From Candidatus Saccharimonadales bacterium (lineage in GTDB: Bacteria > Patescibacteriota > Saccharimonadia > Saccharimonadales > JBBQAJ01), in the NCBI GenBank assembly GCA_038206875.1, contig JBBRAK010000001.1, forward strand, positions 67,925 through 131,924: 64,000 nt of DNA, written 5' to 3'. Each line of letters begins with the position of its first letter. Within the stretch, counting starts at the first letter, position 1. Of the stretch, positions 55,757 to 64,000 are shown in pieces. Under the pieces are notes generated by a model, which was given only the letters and a program-made list of their open reading frames with translations, did not search any database and was not told the origin of the DNA. The position numbers and the translations under genes are program-made.

Positions 55757-57175
55757 ATGTCAGAAATTGTAGAAAAATTTGGCGGTACCACCATGGCTCA
55801 ACCCGAAGTACCTGCTGGCGTCGTAGAGGCAGGTCCTGAAAACCAAATTATTGTGGTTTCTGCTCCAGGCGCAGGCCCAAAGACGTCAAACAGAGTTACC
55901 GAGCAACTACAAACATATGCTGATACGGTAAAAACGGGTAACGAGCGTGCTATTCGTGCAGAGCGTGATGATATGGTAAGTTTGTTTGATACGCTTTATG
56001 ATGGATTGTGCGAATCAGATAGGAGTGAGTTGCGTAATATGGTGGCTACACAACTTACGCCTGGGCATCGTGATACCAAAGCATATTTTGAAAGCCGAGG
56101 CGAAGCGTCTAGTGCTGCCTATTTTGCTCGCTATATTGGTGCAGAATGTCTGCAGCCAGAAGTATATTTTCACGGAGACGGAACCGTTAATTATCCAAAA
56201 ACCAAATCCGCTATTCGTGAGCAAACGACTGGCCGTCGGGGGAAAATCGTGATTGGGGGATACTTTGGGCTGGATGAATTTGGCCGTACCTGGTTGCTTG
56301 GACCTGGTGGATCTGACCGCACAGGCGCGTTGTACGGCGGTGCGCTTGGTGTGCCCTATCATAACTTCACAGATGTTCACGGTATTTATACTGCTCCTCC
56401 AAAATATGTTCAAGCAGCCTATAGCGTCGGAGAACTGACGCGTCGCGAAGTACGCGAAGGTGCAAACGCTGGCAGCCAGGTGTTACAGGGCGATACCATA
56501 GTGGATTTGGATGAGTTCGACACAAACGGAGTAGTGATTAGTGTTAAAAAAGCTTCTGATCCACACGGACCACATACGCTAGTAGTGCCAGATTCATCAT
56601 ATTTTGAACGGCGAAATGTTGCAGATGAGATTGCTCGTCAAAAGCCAGTTGTTGCTCTTTCCGCACGGGATGACCTAACAGTAATCAACATTGATGATTT
56701 AGGTATGGCAGAAGCTGTGGGTTATCTCTCGCCTATTCTTGATAAGATGCGGAAATTAGGTTTATCTTTGGCGAACCTTCCGTCTGCCGAAGATTTTGCA
56801 AGTATTACGTTGCATAGGACTGAACAAAATGGTGAAGCAATAGCAGACCTGGTTGATTTCACTCGAGGTCGTCTACTTCGCAAATCTGGAGCCGTAACTG
56901 TAGAAGATATGGGAGTAGTGACACTTATAGGTGAGGGCTTGCGCGATCGCCGAATGAACGCAGAGGTCATTGCGCGTACGCTTGGTAGTGCATCCATGCA
57001 CAATATTTCAGCCACCCCGCTTCCCGGTTTGAATAGTCCCAGCGCGTCATTTTTGGTAACACATCCGAACATAAATGGTGAGTGGAGCCCGTACGAGATG
57101 CCTTCAGATTCCTCGCCAACTCGTAATCTGCTAAAAATTATCCATAAACTCGAGCTAGAGCCTGTAGTTGACTAA
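55757..57175 (+). CDS. Divergent aspartate kinase (AAK + ACT-like domains)
   Basis: EKFGGTT, IVVSAPG, SRGE, LGPGGSDRTG, TDVHGIYTAPP; promoter TTGACA-18-TAGAAT. Confidence 0.82.
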   Translation: MSEIVEKFGGTTMAQPEVPAGVVEAGPENQIIVVSAPGAGPKTSNRVTEQLQTYADTVKTGNERAIRAERDDMVSLFDTLYDGLCESDRSELRNMVATQLTPGHRDTKAYFESRGEASSAAYFARYIGAECLQPEVYFHGDGTVNYPKTKSAIREQTTGRRGKIVIGGYFGLDEFGRTWLLGPGGSDRTGALYGGALGVPYHNFTDVHGIYTAPPKYVQAAYSVGELTRREVREGANAGSQVLQGDTIVDLDEFDTNGVVISVKKASDPHGPHTLVVPDSSYFERRNVADEIARQKPVVALSARDDLTVINIDDLGMAEAVGYLSPILDKMRKLGLSLANLPSAEDFASITLHRTEQNGEAIADLVDFTRGRLLRKSGAVTVEDMGVVTLIGEGLRDRRMNAEVIARTLGSASMHNISATPLPGLNSPSASFLVTHPNINGEWSPYEMPSDSSPTRNLLKIIHKLELEPVVD

Positions 57176-57924
57176 AACAACTGTTGATGGGATTTGATGT
57201 CATGGACGCGGAGGTATTTTGCGCCGGAGGCTATGGCTCGCTTGCCTGCCTCTAGGTTGGGTTCTATGTCCATTCGGTTTTCTCCTAGGAATCGTTTTCG
57301 GGAGTAGCCTATCATGACTGGTTTGCCGGGGAGCTCTCGGGCAAACTCTACCAGCTGGGCATTTAACTCCATGGTTTTTCCAAAGCCAATGCCGGGGTCT
57401 AAGATAATGTTTTTCTGTTTTACTCCAGCGCTGATAAGTTCTGCTTCCCTGACTAGAAGTTCGCTTTTGACTTCATCTACGGTTGTTAATAGGTCTTTGC
57501 TGGTGTGAGCAGTAGCGATGTCTGTGCCAAATTTGGCTGGCAAATTGCTGACAATCACTGGCAGTTGTAACTGTGTGGCAGTCTTTATCATTTTCGGGTT
57601 ATTAAACCCTGTGACGTCGTTGATAATATATGGACCCAGCTGAGCTGCTTTTTTTAGTGTTTCTGGATGATGACTGTCTAGAGATATTTTGCCAGGATAT
57701 TTTGGTATCAAAATTTCAAGGATGTCTTTGATTCTACTCCATTCTCGGTCTGCCGAAATGGCAGTAGAGCGTGGGTTCGTTGATTCTCCGCCGACATCAA
57801 CTATAGCTGCGCCTTCCGCAAAAAGTTCGTCTGCTTGCTTCAATGCTTCTTGCGTACCAGCAAATTTACCGCCATCACTAAAACTATCTGGGGTAACATT
57901 CAAGACTCCTACAAGTTGTACCAT
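57172..57924 (-). CDS. folP: Dihydropteroate synthase
   Basis: GVLNVTPDSFSDGG, DVGGEST, INDV, LDPGIGFGK, SRKRF, LRVHD. Confidence 0.95.
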   Translation of the reverse strand: MVQLVGVLNVTPDSFSDGGKFAGTQEALKQADELFAEGAAIVDVGGESTNPRSTAISADREWSRIKDILEILIPKYPGKISLDSHHPETLKKAAQLGPYIINDVTGFNNPKMIKTATQLQLPVIVSNLPAKFGTDIATAHTSKDLLTTVDEVKSELLVREAELISAGVKQKNIILDPGIGFGKTMELNAQLVEFARELPGKPVMIGYSRKRFLGENRMDIEPNLEAGKRAIASGAKYLRVHDIKSHQQLF

Positions 57925-57936
57925 GGTTCAATTATA

Positions 57937-58605
57937 TCAGCTGACTTTTATAAATTTGCCAAGGGCCAGATTATTTAGCTTATGTTCACCGAAGTGGGTA
58001 CGGTGGAGTTTTACTACATTGTAGCCAAAATATTCAAAAGTTCGCCTGATTTGGCGGTTTCTGCCCTCTGCCATTGTTACTTTCCAATTTACGTCGTCGG
58101 AGTCATTTATGTGCTCTAAATGAAGAATGCTGGGTCCATCGTTTAGCATTGCTCCTTTATCGATGATTTCTTTGTAGTCTTGTGGTGTGAGCGGTTTGTT
58201 TAGTGCGATTTTGTATATTTTGGTTTTTTGAAACTTGGGGTGGGTTAGTGCGTGGGCCAGGTCGCCATTATCCGTCAAAAGTAAAAGTCCAGAAGAGTTT
58301 TTGTCTAGTCTGCCAACAGATTTAAGGTCTTGATACTGATTGGGGAGTAGCTCGTATATGGTTTTGCTGCCCTGCCCGTCTCTGGAGCATACGTAGTCAA
58401 CTGGTTTGTTGAGCATGATGGTTGTATGGCGATTGTAGTTTGTATTGAGTGGCGATTTGTCCAAGGTGACAATGTCGTTCTCAGATATTTGCATGCCAAC
58501 TGTAGGGGTTTCGCTGTTTACGAGTACTCGACCGGCAGAGATTGCTTGATCTGCAGATCGGCGACTGAGCCCAGTGGCTTGAGCGATGAATTTGTTTAGA
58601 CGCAT
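57937..58605 (-). CDS. RsuA/RluB-family pseudouridine synthase
   Basis: S4 domain MRLNKFIA, LNKP, GRLDKNSSGLLLLTD, EGRNRQIRR. Confidence 0.95.
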   Translation of the reverse strand: MRLNKFIAQATGLSRRSADQAISAGRVLVNSETPTVGMQISENDIVTLDKSPLNTNYNRHTTIMLNKPVDYVCSRDGQGSKTIYELLPNQYQDLKSVGRLDKNSSGLLLLTDNGDLAHALTHPKFQKTKIYKIALNKPLTPQDYKEIIDKGAMLNDGPSILHLEHINDSDDVNWKVTMAEGRNRQIRRTFEYFGYNVVKLHRTHFGEHKLNNLALGKFIKVS

Positions 58606-58653
58606 TTAGATAGCTTATAGTAGTTGTCTGTCGTGGGCTAGTATGCCAATTGT

Positions 58654-59754
58654 TTATAGTGCAACGTCAGCTGGTGAACCGGCATTGGTGGCGGAGGGGC
58701 CATTTGGCAAAATAAGATTTTCCGAACTGCCTGGCTCTGTAACTTCAACGTTTTTTGGCTCTGATAATTTTGTGGCTCCACCTGGCTGAATTACTGCTTC
58801 GGATGGCGGATTGCCGTCCTGTGACACTATAGGAGATAGAGCTTCTTTTTGGTTTTCTTTTGCTTCTAGCTCACTCAAGTCTGGTATTTTCTGAGTCATG
58901 TCATTGAGGGGCTCAATAACCTTTTTGTTAGCAATTGGGACATTGTTTTCGGTATCATTTCTGTCGCTTCCAGCAGTCGGCTTTGATTCATCGGAATCTG
59001 AGGGTGCTGGAGGGGCATCTTTTACGCTAATTTGTACCGGCCCTGAAGGTTTATTTGAAGATTCTGTGTCTTCAGCTATTGGTATGTTTTCAGTTTTGGG
59101 CGGTTCTTCTGTCTTTTTTTCTGGTGTATCTCCTGGAGTGGCGGGTGGAATTGGTTCGAGTTGAGCAGAGTCTTTTACTCGGTCTTCGACTATAGCTTCT
59201 TCGTCTGCTAATGTGGCCGCCAATGCTGGGTCAACTTGCGTAGATGGCGGGTCAACCGGAACCGGTGCTACTGAAGGTGGAGAAGTAGTCGTGGCGTCAC
59301 TAATCGGAGATGGCGGAGTGGTTGATGTACCGTCGGTTGGGGCTTGTGGGGGGTCTGTTGTTGCTACAGGTGCTTTGGGAGTGTCTTCCCCGCTCAGGAC
59401 TTCGCGGGCTACTTTGGCTACGTCTTCTAGAGTAACTTGGGATTTGACCAGATACCTATCTGCGCCAAGTTTGGTGGCTCGTGCTTTATCCTCACTCTGA
59501 GAGAGTGCGGTCATCATGATGACTTTTGTATTTTTTGTCTCTGGGGTGCTACGCAGGATGTCCAGCATGTCAAAACCACTTATTTTGGGCATCATAACGT
59601 CTGAAATAATCAAATCTGGTTTTTCTTTGACTGCCATGGCCAATGCTTCTTCCCCGTCTTTGGCACTCACAATCTCATAACCTTCTGCTAACAATCTGGC
59701 TTCGTATATTTCCCGTAAGTTGTTGTCGTCTTCGACGAGCATGATTTTTGGCAT
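58654..59754 (-). CDS. Response regulator receiver + long disordered P/E/T-rich tail
   Basis: IMLVEDD, ISDVMMP, MTAL, YLVKS; tail of about 245 aa is low complexity. Confidence 0.9.
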   Translation of the reverse strand: MPKIMLVEDDNNLREIYEARLLAEGYEIVSAKDGEEALAMAVKEKPDLIISDVMMPKISGFDMLDILRSTPETKNTKVIMMTALSQSEDKARATKLGADRYLVKSQVTLEDVAKVAREVLSGEDTPKAPVATTDPPQAPTDGTSTTPPSPISDATTTSPPSVAPVPVDPPSTQVDPALAATLADEEAIVEDRVKDSAQLEPIPPATPGDTPEKKTEEPPKTENIPIAEDTESSNKPSGPVQISVKDAPPAPSDSDESKPTAGSDRNDTENNVPIANKKVIEPLNDMTQKIPDLSELEAKENQKEALSPIVSQDGNPPSEAVIQPGGATKLSEPKNVEVTEPGSSENLILPNGPSATNAGSPADVAL

Positions 59755-59851
59755 AGATTACCTTCCGAAGTTATGTGCTAATGCTTTTATGGAGTTAGTG
59801 TAGCATATTGGCTTAAAACAATGAACTAACGTTTTGCGTTTTTTGTGAGCT

Positions 59852-61573
59852 TTACAATACATTTTGGTTTTCTTTCGCCTTCTCTGTTGCTGCTTTTTGA
59901 GCGCTTAATCTGGGTAAGTTTATGTAAAAGGTACTGCCTTTTCTTTGTTCGCTCTCAACCCAAATTCGACCACCATATAGCTCTACAATTTTTCGGCAGA
60001 TAAACAGTCCTAGTCCGGTACCACCTATAGTTCTCGTACTAGAATTGTCTACCCGATAGAACTTCTGAAACAGATGTGGAATGTCTTCGGCTGGTATGCC
60101 GTTTCCGGTATCTTGTATGTAAAACTGAATCAATTCATCATTTCCTGTTAGCCCAACGGATATTTTACCCACATCGCTGTATTTGACGGCATTGTCAAAC
60201 AGATTAGTAATGACTTCACCCATCCTGTCGGGGTCAACAGATGCGTAGTAAAGGGGCTTAATTACTTTCCCTCCGGCTGAAACACCCGGTTTTTCTGTAG
60301 AACTATTGCCAATAGTAAAATCCATAAGTAGACCTTTTTTTTCTGCTGTAAAGCGCAAACCATCTACTATTTGCTCCAGAAACTCTCCCATTTCTGTGAC
60401 CACTGGATGGTTTACTAGTCTTCCATCTTCTGCTTTGGCGCTTATGAGCAAATCTTGAAACAGCTTGCCGAGGCGTTGTGTGCTTTCGTGTGCTTTTACC
60501 AAAAAATCGCGGGCCTTGGTGTCGATTTTTGAAACTTTTTCGTTGAGTGCTAAGGCCAAATACCCTTCAATTGCTGCTACGGGTGTGCGCATTTCATGGC
60601 TTGCAGTGCTTATAAAGTCTGCGCTCCGGTGTTCTTCGTTGCGTGCTTTGCTAACATCACGCAGAACAGCAACAGAACCGATGACCTGTGATGATTTGGG
60701 TTGGATAACGGGAGAATTGACGAAGGAAACAATTGTATTGGTTTTTCCATCACGTCCATTTACCTGTAATGTGCCTTCGAATTGTTTGCCGTTAGAAAGC
60801 ACAGATTTAAATGGATGTATACTTTCGGATAGTTCTTTGCCGTCTTCTTGGCTAAATTTTGCCACCAATTCTACATCAACACCAACTGCTTCATTTACTG
60901 CCCAACCGGTCATTTTTGCCGCAGCGGGATTTAACAGGGTTATTTTGCTTTCTAGGTCAACTACTATGACTGCATCAGAGATTGCCTGAATTAATACTTC
61001 TGACTGTTGTTGGTTGCCTTTTAGTTGGCCCGAAAGCTGGTTTACTTTTTGACTCTCAGAATTAACATAAAATCTTTTCCACAGTAGAAAACTGATCAAT
61101 CCAAAAAAGTAACTAGCAACCACCATGCCAATTGCAAAAGGAGATATGATAACTGCTCTTTCATATCCGGTCAGGGCTATAACATAGTAAAAAGATATAA
61201 CAAAGCCAGTCCCTACAGTTACAAAGTGGCCGAACATACCGCTCAACAGCACCTGCACAAACCACGCAATCATAAACCATGAATTAAGTTGTCCAGAATT
61301 ATGTATAAGCGAAATTACAATCAAACTGGCAACACTGGCAGAAAACAAAGTGGCCGACCAGATATTGTTTCTAGCTTGGCGTTTGTACAAAACAAAGCTG
61401 TATCCAGCTTGAATCGTGGCCAAAATGCCGACAATTGGCCTAAAGCCTTGGGATTGTAAATTTTCAAAAAACGGTAATGACCATGACAGCGCGACCAAAA
61501 CAATTATCAAACCGTCCAAAGCCGTAATTACTCGGTTGTACCATATATAATATTTGTCTTCGACTAGTTGCAT
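59852..61573 (-). CDS. Membrane PAS-domain sensor histidine kinase
   Basis: 5-6 TM, PAS (NPAAAKMTGW), ASHEMRTP, NLFDNAVKY, DTGNGI, GTGLGL. Confidence 0.96.
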   Translation of the reverse strand: MQLVEDKYYIWYNRVITALDGLIIVLVALSWSLPFFENLQSQGFRPIVGILATIQAGYSFVLYKRQARNNIWSATLFSASVASLIVISLIHNSGQLNSWFMIAWFVQVLLSGMFGHFVTVGTGFVISFYYVIALTGYERAVIISPFAIGMVVASYFFGLISFLLWKRFYVNSESQKVNQLSGQLKGNQQQSEVLIQAISDAVIVVDLESKITLLNPAAAKMTGWAVNEAVGVDVELVAKFSQEDGKELSESIHPFKSVLSNGKQFEGTLQVNGRDGKTNTIVSFVNSPVIQPKSSQVIGSVAVLRDVSKARNEEHRSADFISTASHEMRTPVAAIEGYLALALNEKVSKIDTKARDFLVKAHESTQRLGKLFQDLLISAKAEDGRLVNHPVVTEMGEFLEQIVDGLRFTAEKKGLLMDFTIGNSSTEKPGVSAGGKVIKPLYYASVDPDRMGEVITNLFDNAVKYSDVGKISVGLTGNDELIQFYIQDTGNGIPAEDIPHLFQKFYRVDNSSTRTIGGTGLGLFICRKIVELYGGRIWVESEQRKGSTFYINLPRLSAQKAATEKAKENQNVL

Positions 61574-61715
61574 GTCCCGAGTTTGCCCACCTATACAATA
61601 TGCTTACGGTTTACTGCTAAGTATACAAGCTGTTCCCTGTTTTGACGAGGATATTTCAATATCTGTGCCCTGGTAATATTACCCCTGTTATGCTACTATT
61701 TGGCGGTTCTGACAT

Positions 61716-61791
61716 GGCCCCGTCGTCTAGTGGTTAGGATATCTGGTTCTCATCCAGAAGATCGCGGGTTCGAATCCCGCCGGGGTCACCA
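61716..61791 (+). tRNA. tRNA-Glu (anticodon CTC), CCA encoded
   Basis: Full cloverleaf GGCCCCG...TCTGG-TTCTCAT-CCAGA...GCGGG-TTCGAAT-CCCGC-CGGGGTC-ACCA. Confidence 0.97.
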
Positions 61792-61826
61792 TGCAAAATG
61801 CTCACCATCTGGTGGGCTTTTTGCAT
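61791..61826 (+). terminator. Hairpin after tRNA
   Basis: ATGCAAAA-TGCTCACCA/TGGTGGGC-TTTTTGCAT. Confidence 0.65.
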
Positions 61827-61934
61827 GGTTATTCTTGCAGAATGGAATTCGCGAAGCGGGTGCGGTGGAGCGAGGACACGCACAGAAGCTTGCTTCGAGC
61901 ATGCCACAGTGGAAAAGGATGAAGTCCGCTATCG

Positions 61935-61948
61935 CGCCGGGGTCAACA
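61935..61948 (+). repeat. Duplicate of tRNA-Glu 3' end (att-like)
   Basis: CGCCGGGGTCAACA vs CGCCGGGGTCACCA (61778-61791). Confidence 0.65.
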
Positions 61949-61958
61949 TAGTTGAATT

Positions 61959-61985
61959 AAGAGACTCTTCGGAGTCTTTTTGTTT
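61959..61985 (+). terminator. Intrinsic terminator with UUCG loop
   Basis: AGAGACTC-TTCG-GAGTCTTT followed by a T-tract. Confidence 0.7.
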
Positions 61986-62021
61986 GTCTTTCAATTGGCA
62001 TAAAGTAGTACACTATTAAAC

Positions 62022-62885
62022 CTATCGTCTTCGCATCGCACGACGTGTAGCTCTATTTAAGCCATCACCTGCGCTACCTAGAAGAAAGTGACTCTCTAGG
62101 TCTTCTAAACTATCCCCTTGGTTGCCTTTAAGAGCAACGACTTGCCGGTTTTTATTTATTCCAAATAAGAATGGTGTTGAGTTGTATATCCCTCCGAATA
62201 TTGTTCTTTGACTCCTGTGCTCATCTGTGATCATGAGGTCGGCACCAACCTGTATAGAAGTAGGCGGCACAGATAGAACATGGCCTTCTTGGATTTCGAT
62301 TCCATTCAAAGATTTGCGTCGTTGGTAAGACAGCATATCTGCACCATTACTCGCCAGATGCGCAGATAAAGACCCTAATAACGCCTCACCGATTGACCAT
62401 AGTAGAAATGTCATAGCGTCTGCGTTTGCTACTGGGTAGATACGTAGGTCTTCGAGCCAACGGACGGGTTCATCGTCGATATGTGAGCCGTATTGATTTC
62501 GTGACTTAGCGATAACCTGCTTCCATGTGAGCGATGAAGAGCTCGACCAAACTGAGTTATCATGAAAGATTGCTTCTTGGTTGAGTACATCATCTAATGG
62601 CTGTGGAGTGGAGGCATCCGAATTTACTGCTCGGATAGCTAGTATAACTGGTTGGCTGTTCCTTGATCGATTGATTTGTGGTTGCTGGTGAGCGGCCATT
62701 GATAGTTGTGGTAGTCCCTGTTCATCAAATGCTTTGTTTATTAGATCATGACCCTCGCCGTCATGTAGGAGTATTTGAAGTACCGACGCTAAGTCATCTC
62801 TCGCTACCAATGAACCACTGAATATTGCATCAAGATGAGCTTCTAGGCGTTCAAGGTTCACAATCAGTTCATCAAGTTTGCTCAT
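62022..62885 (-). CDS. Hypothetical protein downstream of tRNA-Glu
   Basis: 287 aa from ATG 62885 (TATAAT 7 nt upstream); RNQYGSHID (R-x5-H, HEPN-like); NRATRR tail. Confidence 0.7.
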   Translation of the reverse strand: MSKLDELIVNLERLEAHLDAIFSGSLVARDDLASVLQILLHDGEGHDLINKAFDEQGLPQLSMAAHQQPQINRSRNSQPVILAIRAVNSDASTPQPLDDVLNQEAIFHDNSVWSSSSSLTWKQVIAKSRNQYGSHIDDEPVRWLEDLRIYPVANADAMTFLLWSIGEALLGSLSAHLASNGADMLSYQRRKSLNGIEIQEGHVLSVPPTSIQVGADLMITDEHRSQRTIFGGIYNSTPFLFGINKNRQVVALKGNQGDSLEDLESHFLLGSAGDGLNRATRRAMRRR

Positions 62886-63102
62886 GTTCATAATTATAGC
62901 TTAATTTATGGCGGGCAACTGATAGTATAGTCCCAGTACCATGCTGGATGTCTTACGTCAGAGACAAACCCCACATAAGGTGATGGAGGCGGCCGAAATC
63001 CATAAGGATGTCGTTCCAAATTCGACACAATCAGGGTCACCAAGGCACTTATGCTTGCTTTAGCGTTTCAATATCGAGATACTTGATTGGATAGGAGATA
63101 AC

Positions 63103-63612
63103 ATGGCAGGTGAAAGATTAATTCTTACAGGGTTTATGGGGGTTGGTAAATCAACGGTTGGACCGAAGGTCGCAGATACGCTGGGTGTAAAATATTTTGA
63201 TACTGATTCATGGATGGAAACAGAGTCTGGTGTTGATGTGCCGAATTTAGTGAGTAACGACATGCCTGCCTTTCGTAAACTTGAGGCGGAGGCACTTGTA
63301 GATATACTCGGGCTAGAGCCGGGAGTAGTGTCGACGGGTGGCGGAATAGTAAGCACAGAAGTCGGCCGAAATGTTTTGTTGGCATCTGAAGTACCCGTAG
63401 TTTATTTGCTGGCTAGTTTCGGTTGGTCAGCCGAGCGAGTTGCGAATGACAAGACTGGACGCGCGAGGCCGTTATTTGATGACGTAGTGAAGGCGCGCGG
63501 TCTATATGATGAACGTGTGGAGTGGTATGAAGAGACGGCAAGTCACTATGTTGATGCCGAACAACCAATAAAGTTAGTCGCTGGTGAAATAGTAAATATC
63601 CTTAGAGCATAA
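63103..63612 (+). CDS. aroK: Shikimate kinase
   Basis: LTGFMGVGKSTVG, FDTD, FRKLE, STGGG, RPL; AGGAG SD. Confidence 0.93.
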   Translation: MAGERLILTGFMGVGKSTVGPKVADTLGVKYFDTDSWMETESGVDVPNLVSNDMPAFRKLEAEALVDILGLEPGVVSTGGGIVSTEVGRNVLLASEVPVVYLLASFGWSAERVANDKTGRARPLFDDVVKARGLYDERVEWYEETASHYVDAEQPIKLVAGEIVNILRA

Positions 63613-63653
63613 TAGTTTAGCTATGAGTTCTACTAAGTGACTGTCGATGCTTC

Positions 63654-64000
63654 TTAGCCTATCCACTCACGGGCGTTTTGGAACATTTTGAACCAGGGGG
63701 ATTCTTTTTCCCAGTCTTTTGGATGCCAGGAAAGTTGTTGGGTTAGAAAAGCGCGTTCTGGGTGAGGCATCATTACTGTGGTTCGCCCGTCTGGTGTGGT
63801 TAGTGCTGTAATGCCGTCAGGAGAACCATTCGGGTTCATCGGATAGCGCTGGGTTGGTTTGCCGTGGTTGTCTACGAAAATTCCGGCTATTAGTTCTGTT
63901 GAAACTGTTTGTTCGGCCCTGCCTTCACCATGCGCTACTGGTATGGGCAAAATTGAACCTTCCATGTCTTTGAAAAATATTGATGGGCTGGGTTGGATTT
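63654..64000 (-). CDS. purL: Phosphoribosylformylglycinamidine synthase, glutaminase C-terminal part (gene continues beyond window)
   Basis: SPSIFF..MEGS..PIPVAHGEGRA, YPMNPNGS, MMPHPER, SPWFKMFQNAR (large single-chain PurL type). Confidence 0.92.
   Translation of the reverse strand, partial: IQPSPSIFFKDMEGSILPIPVAHGEGRAEQTVSTELIAGIFVDNHGKPTQRYPMNPNGSPDGITALTTPDGRTTVMMPHPERAFLTQQLSWHPKDWEKESPWFKMFQNAREWIG

Noticed and set aside
57172-57924. sul-type sulfonamide resistance gene
   Set aside because: Has FolP-type DPGIGFGK rather than Sul-type PGMGFFL and no mobile context; the STNP loop variant alone is insufficient.
62919-62999. Hammerhead-like CTGAT...GGCCGAAA
   Set aside because: Core CUGANGA is not matched (CTGATAG) and the stems do not assemble around it.
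1-64000. Alternative genetic code (TGA=Gly) as in Gracilibacteria/Absconditabacteria
   Set aside because: Conserved genes are full length under code 11 and several (serS, xseA, glyS) end in TGA.

Overview
Bacterial chromosomal window, genetic code 11 (TGA used as stop). It is most likely from a Candidatus Saccharibacteria/Patescibacteria (CPR) genome. That assignment is inferred from the homodimeric GlyRS, a sigma70-region-4/HARE-HTH protein, a reduced dcw cluster, many acidic orphan genes and widespread leaderless-type promoters. Core blocks are serS-hpf-secA-M16 peptidase-prfB-ftsEX-CHAP-ctpA-pyrG; rpmA; xseAB-recO-glyS; mraZ-rsmH-ftsL-ftsI-mraY-ftsW-murG-ftsQ-like; topA-dprA-pth-der; folP-pseudouridine synthase-response regulator-histidine kinase; and tRNA-Glu(CTC), aroK and a partial purL. 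These alternate with single orphan genes and an accessory stretch (about 25.7-37.9 kb). No CRISPR array, transposase, integrase or rRNA was seen. The strongest unexplained signals are: (1) a promoter- and terminator-bounded, highly structured non-coding RNA candidate of about 350 nt divergent from dprA; (2) a 484-nt pseudoknot-capable spacer plus a 19-aa micro-ORF inside the dcw cluster; (3) about ten sequence-unrelated rod-like intergenic hairpins of 80-180 nt; (4) a pseudo-histidine-kinase/Asp-to-Glu pseudo-receiver pair coupled to recO; (5) an A/C-left, G/T-right strand skew flanking orphan-gene sites; and (6) a dif-like site, DnaA boxes and GTTC-N7-GTTC repeats where gene orientation switches. 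All base-pairings and counts were made by eye and need computational confirmation.
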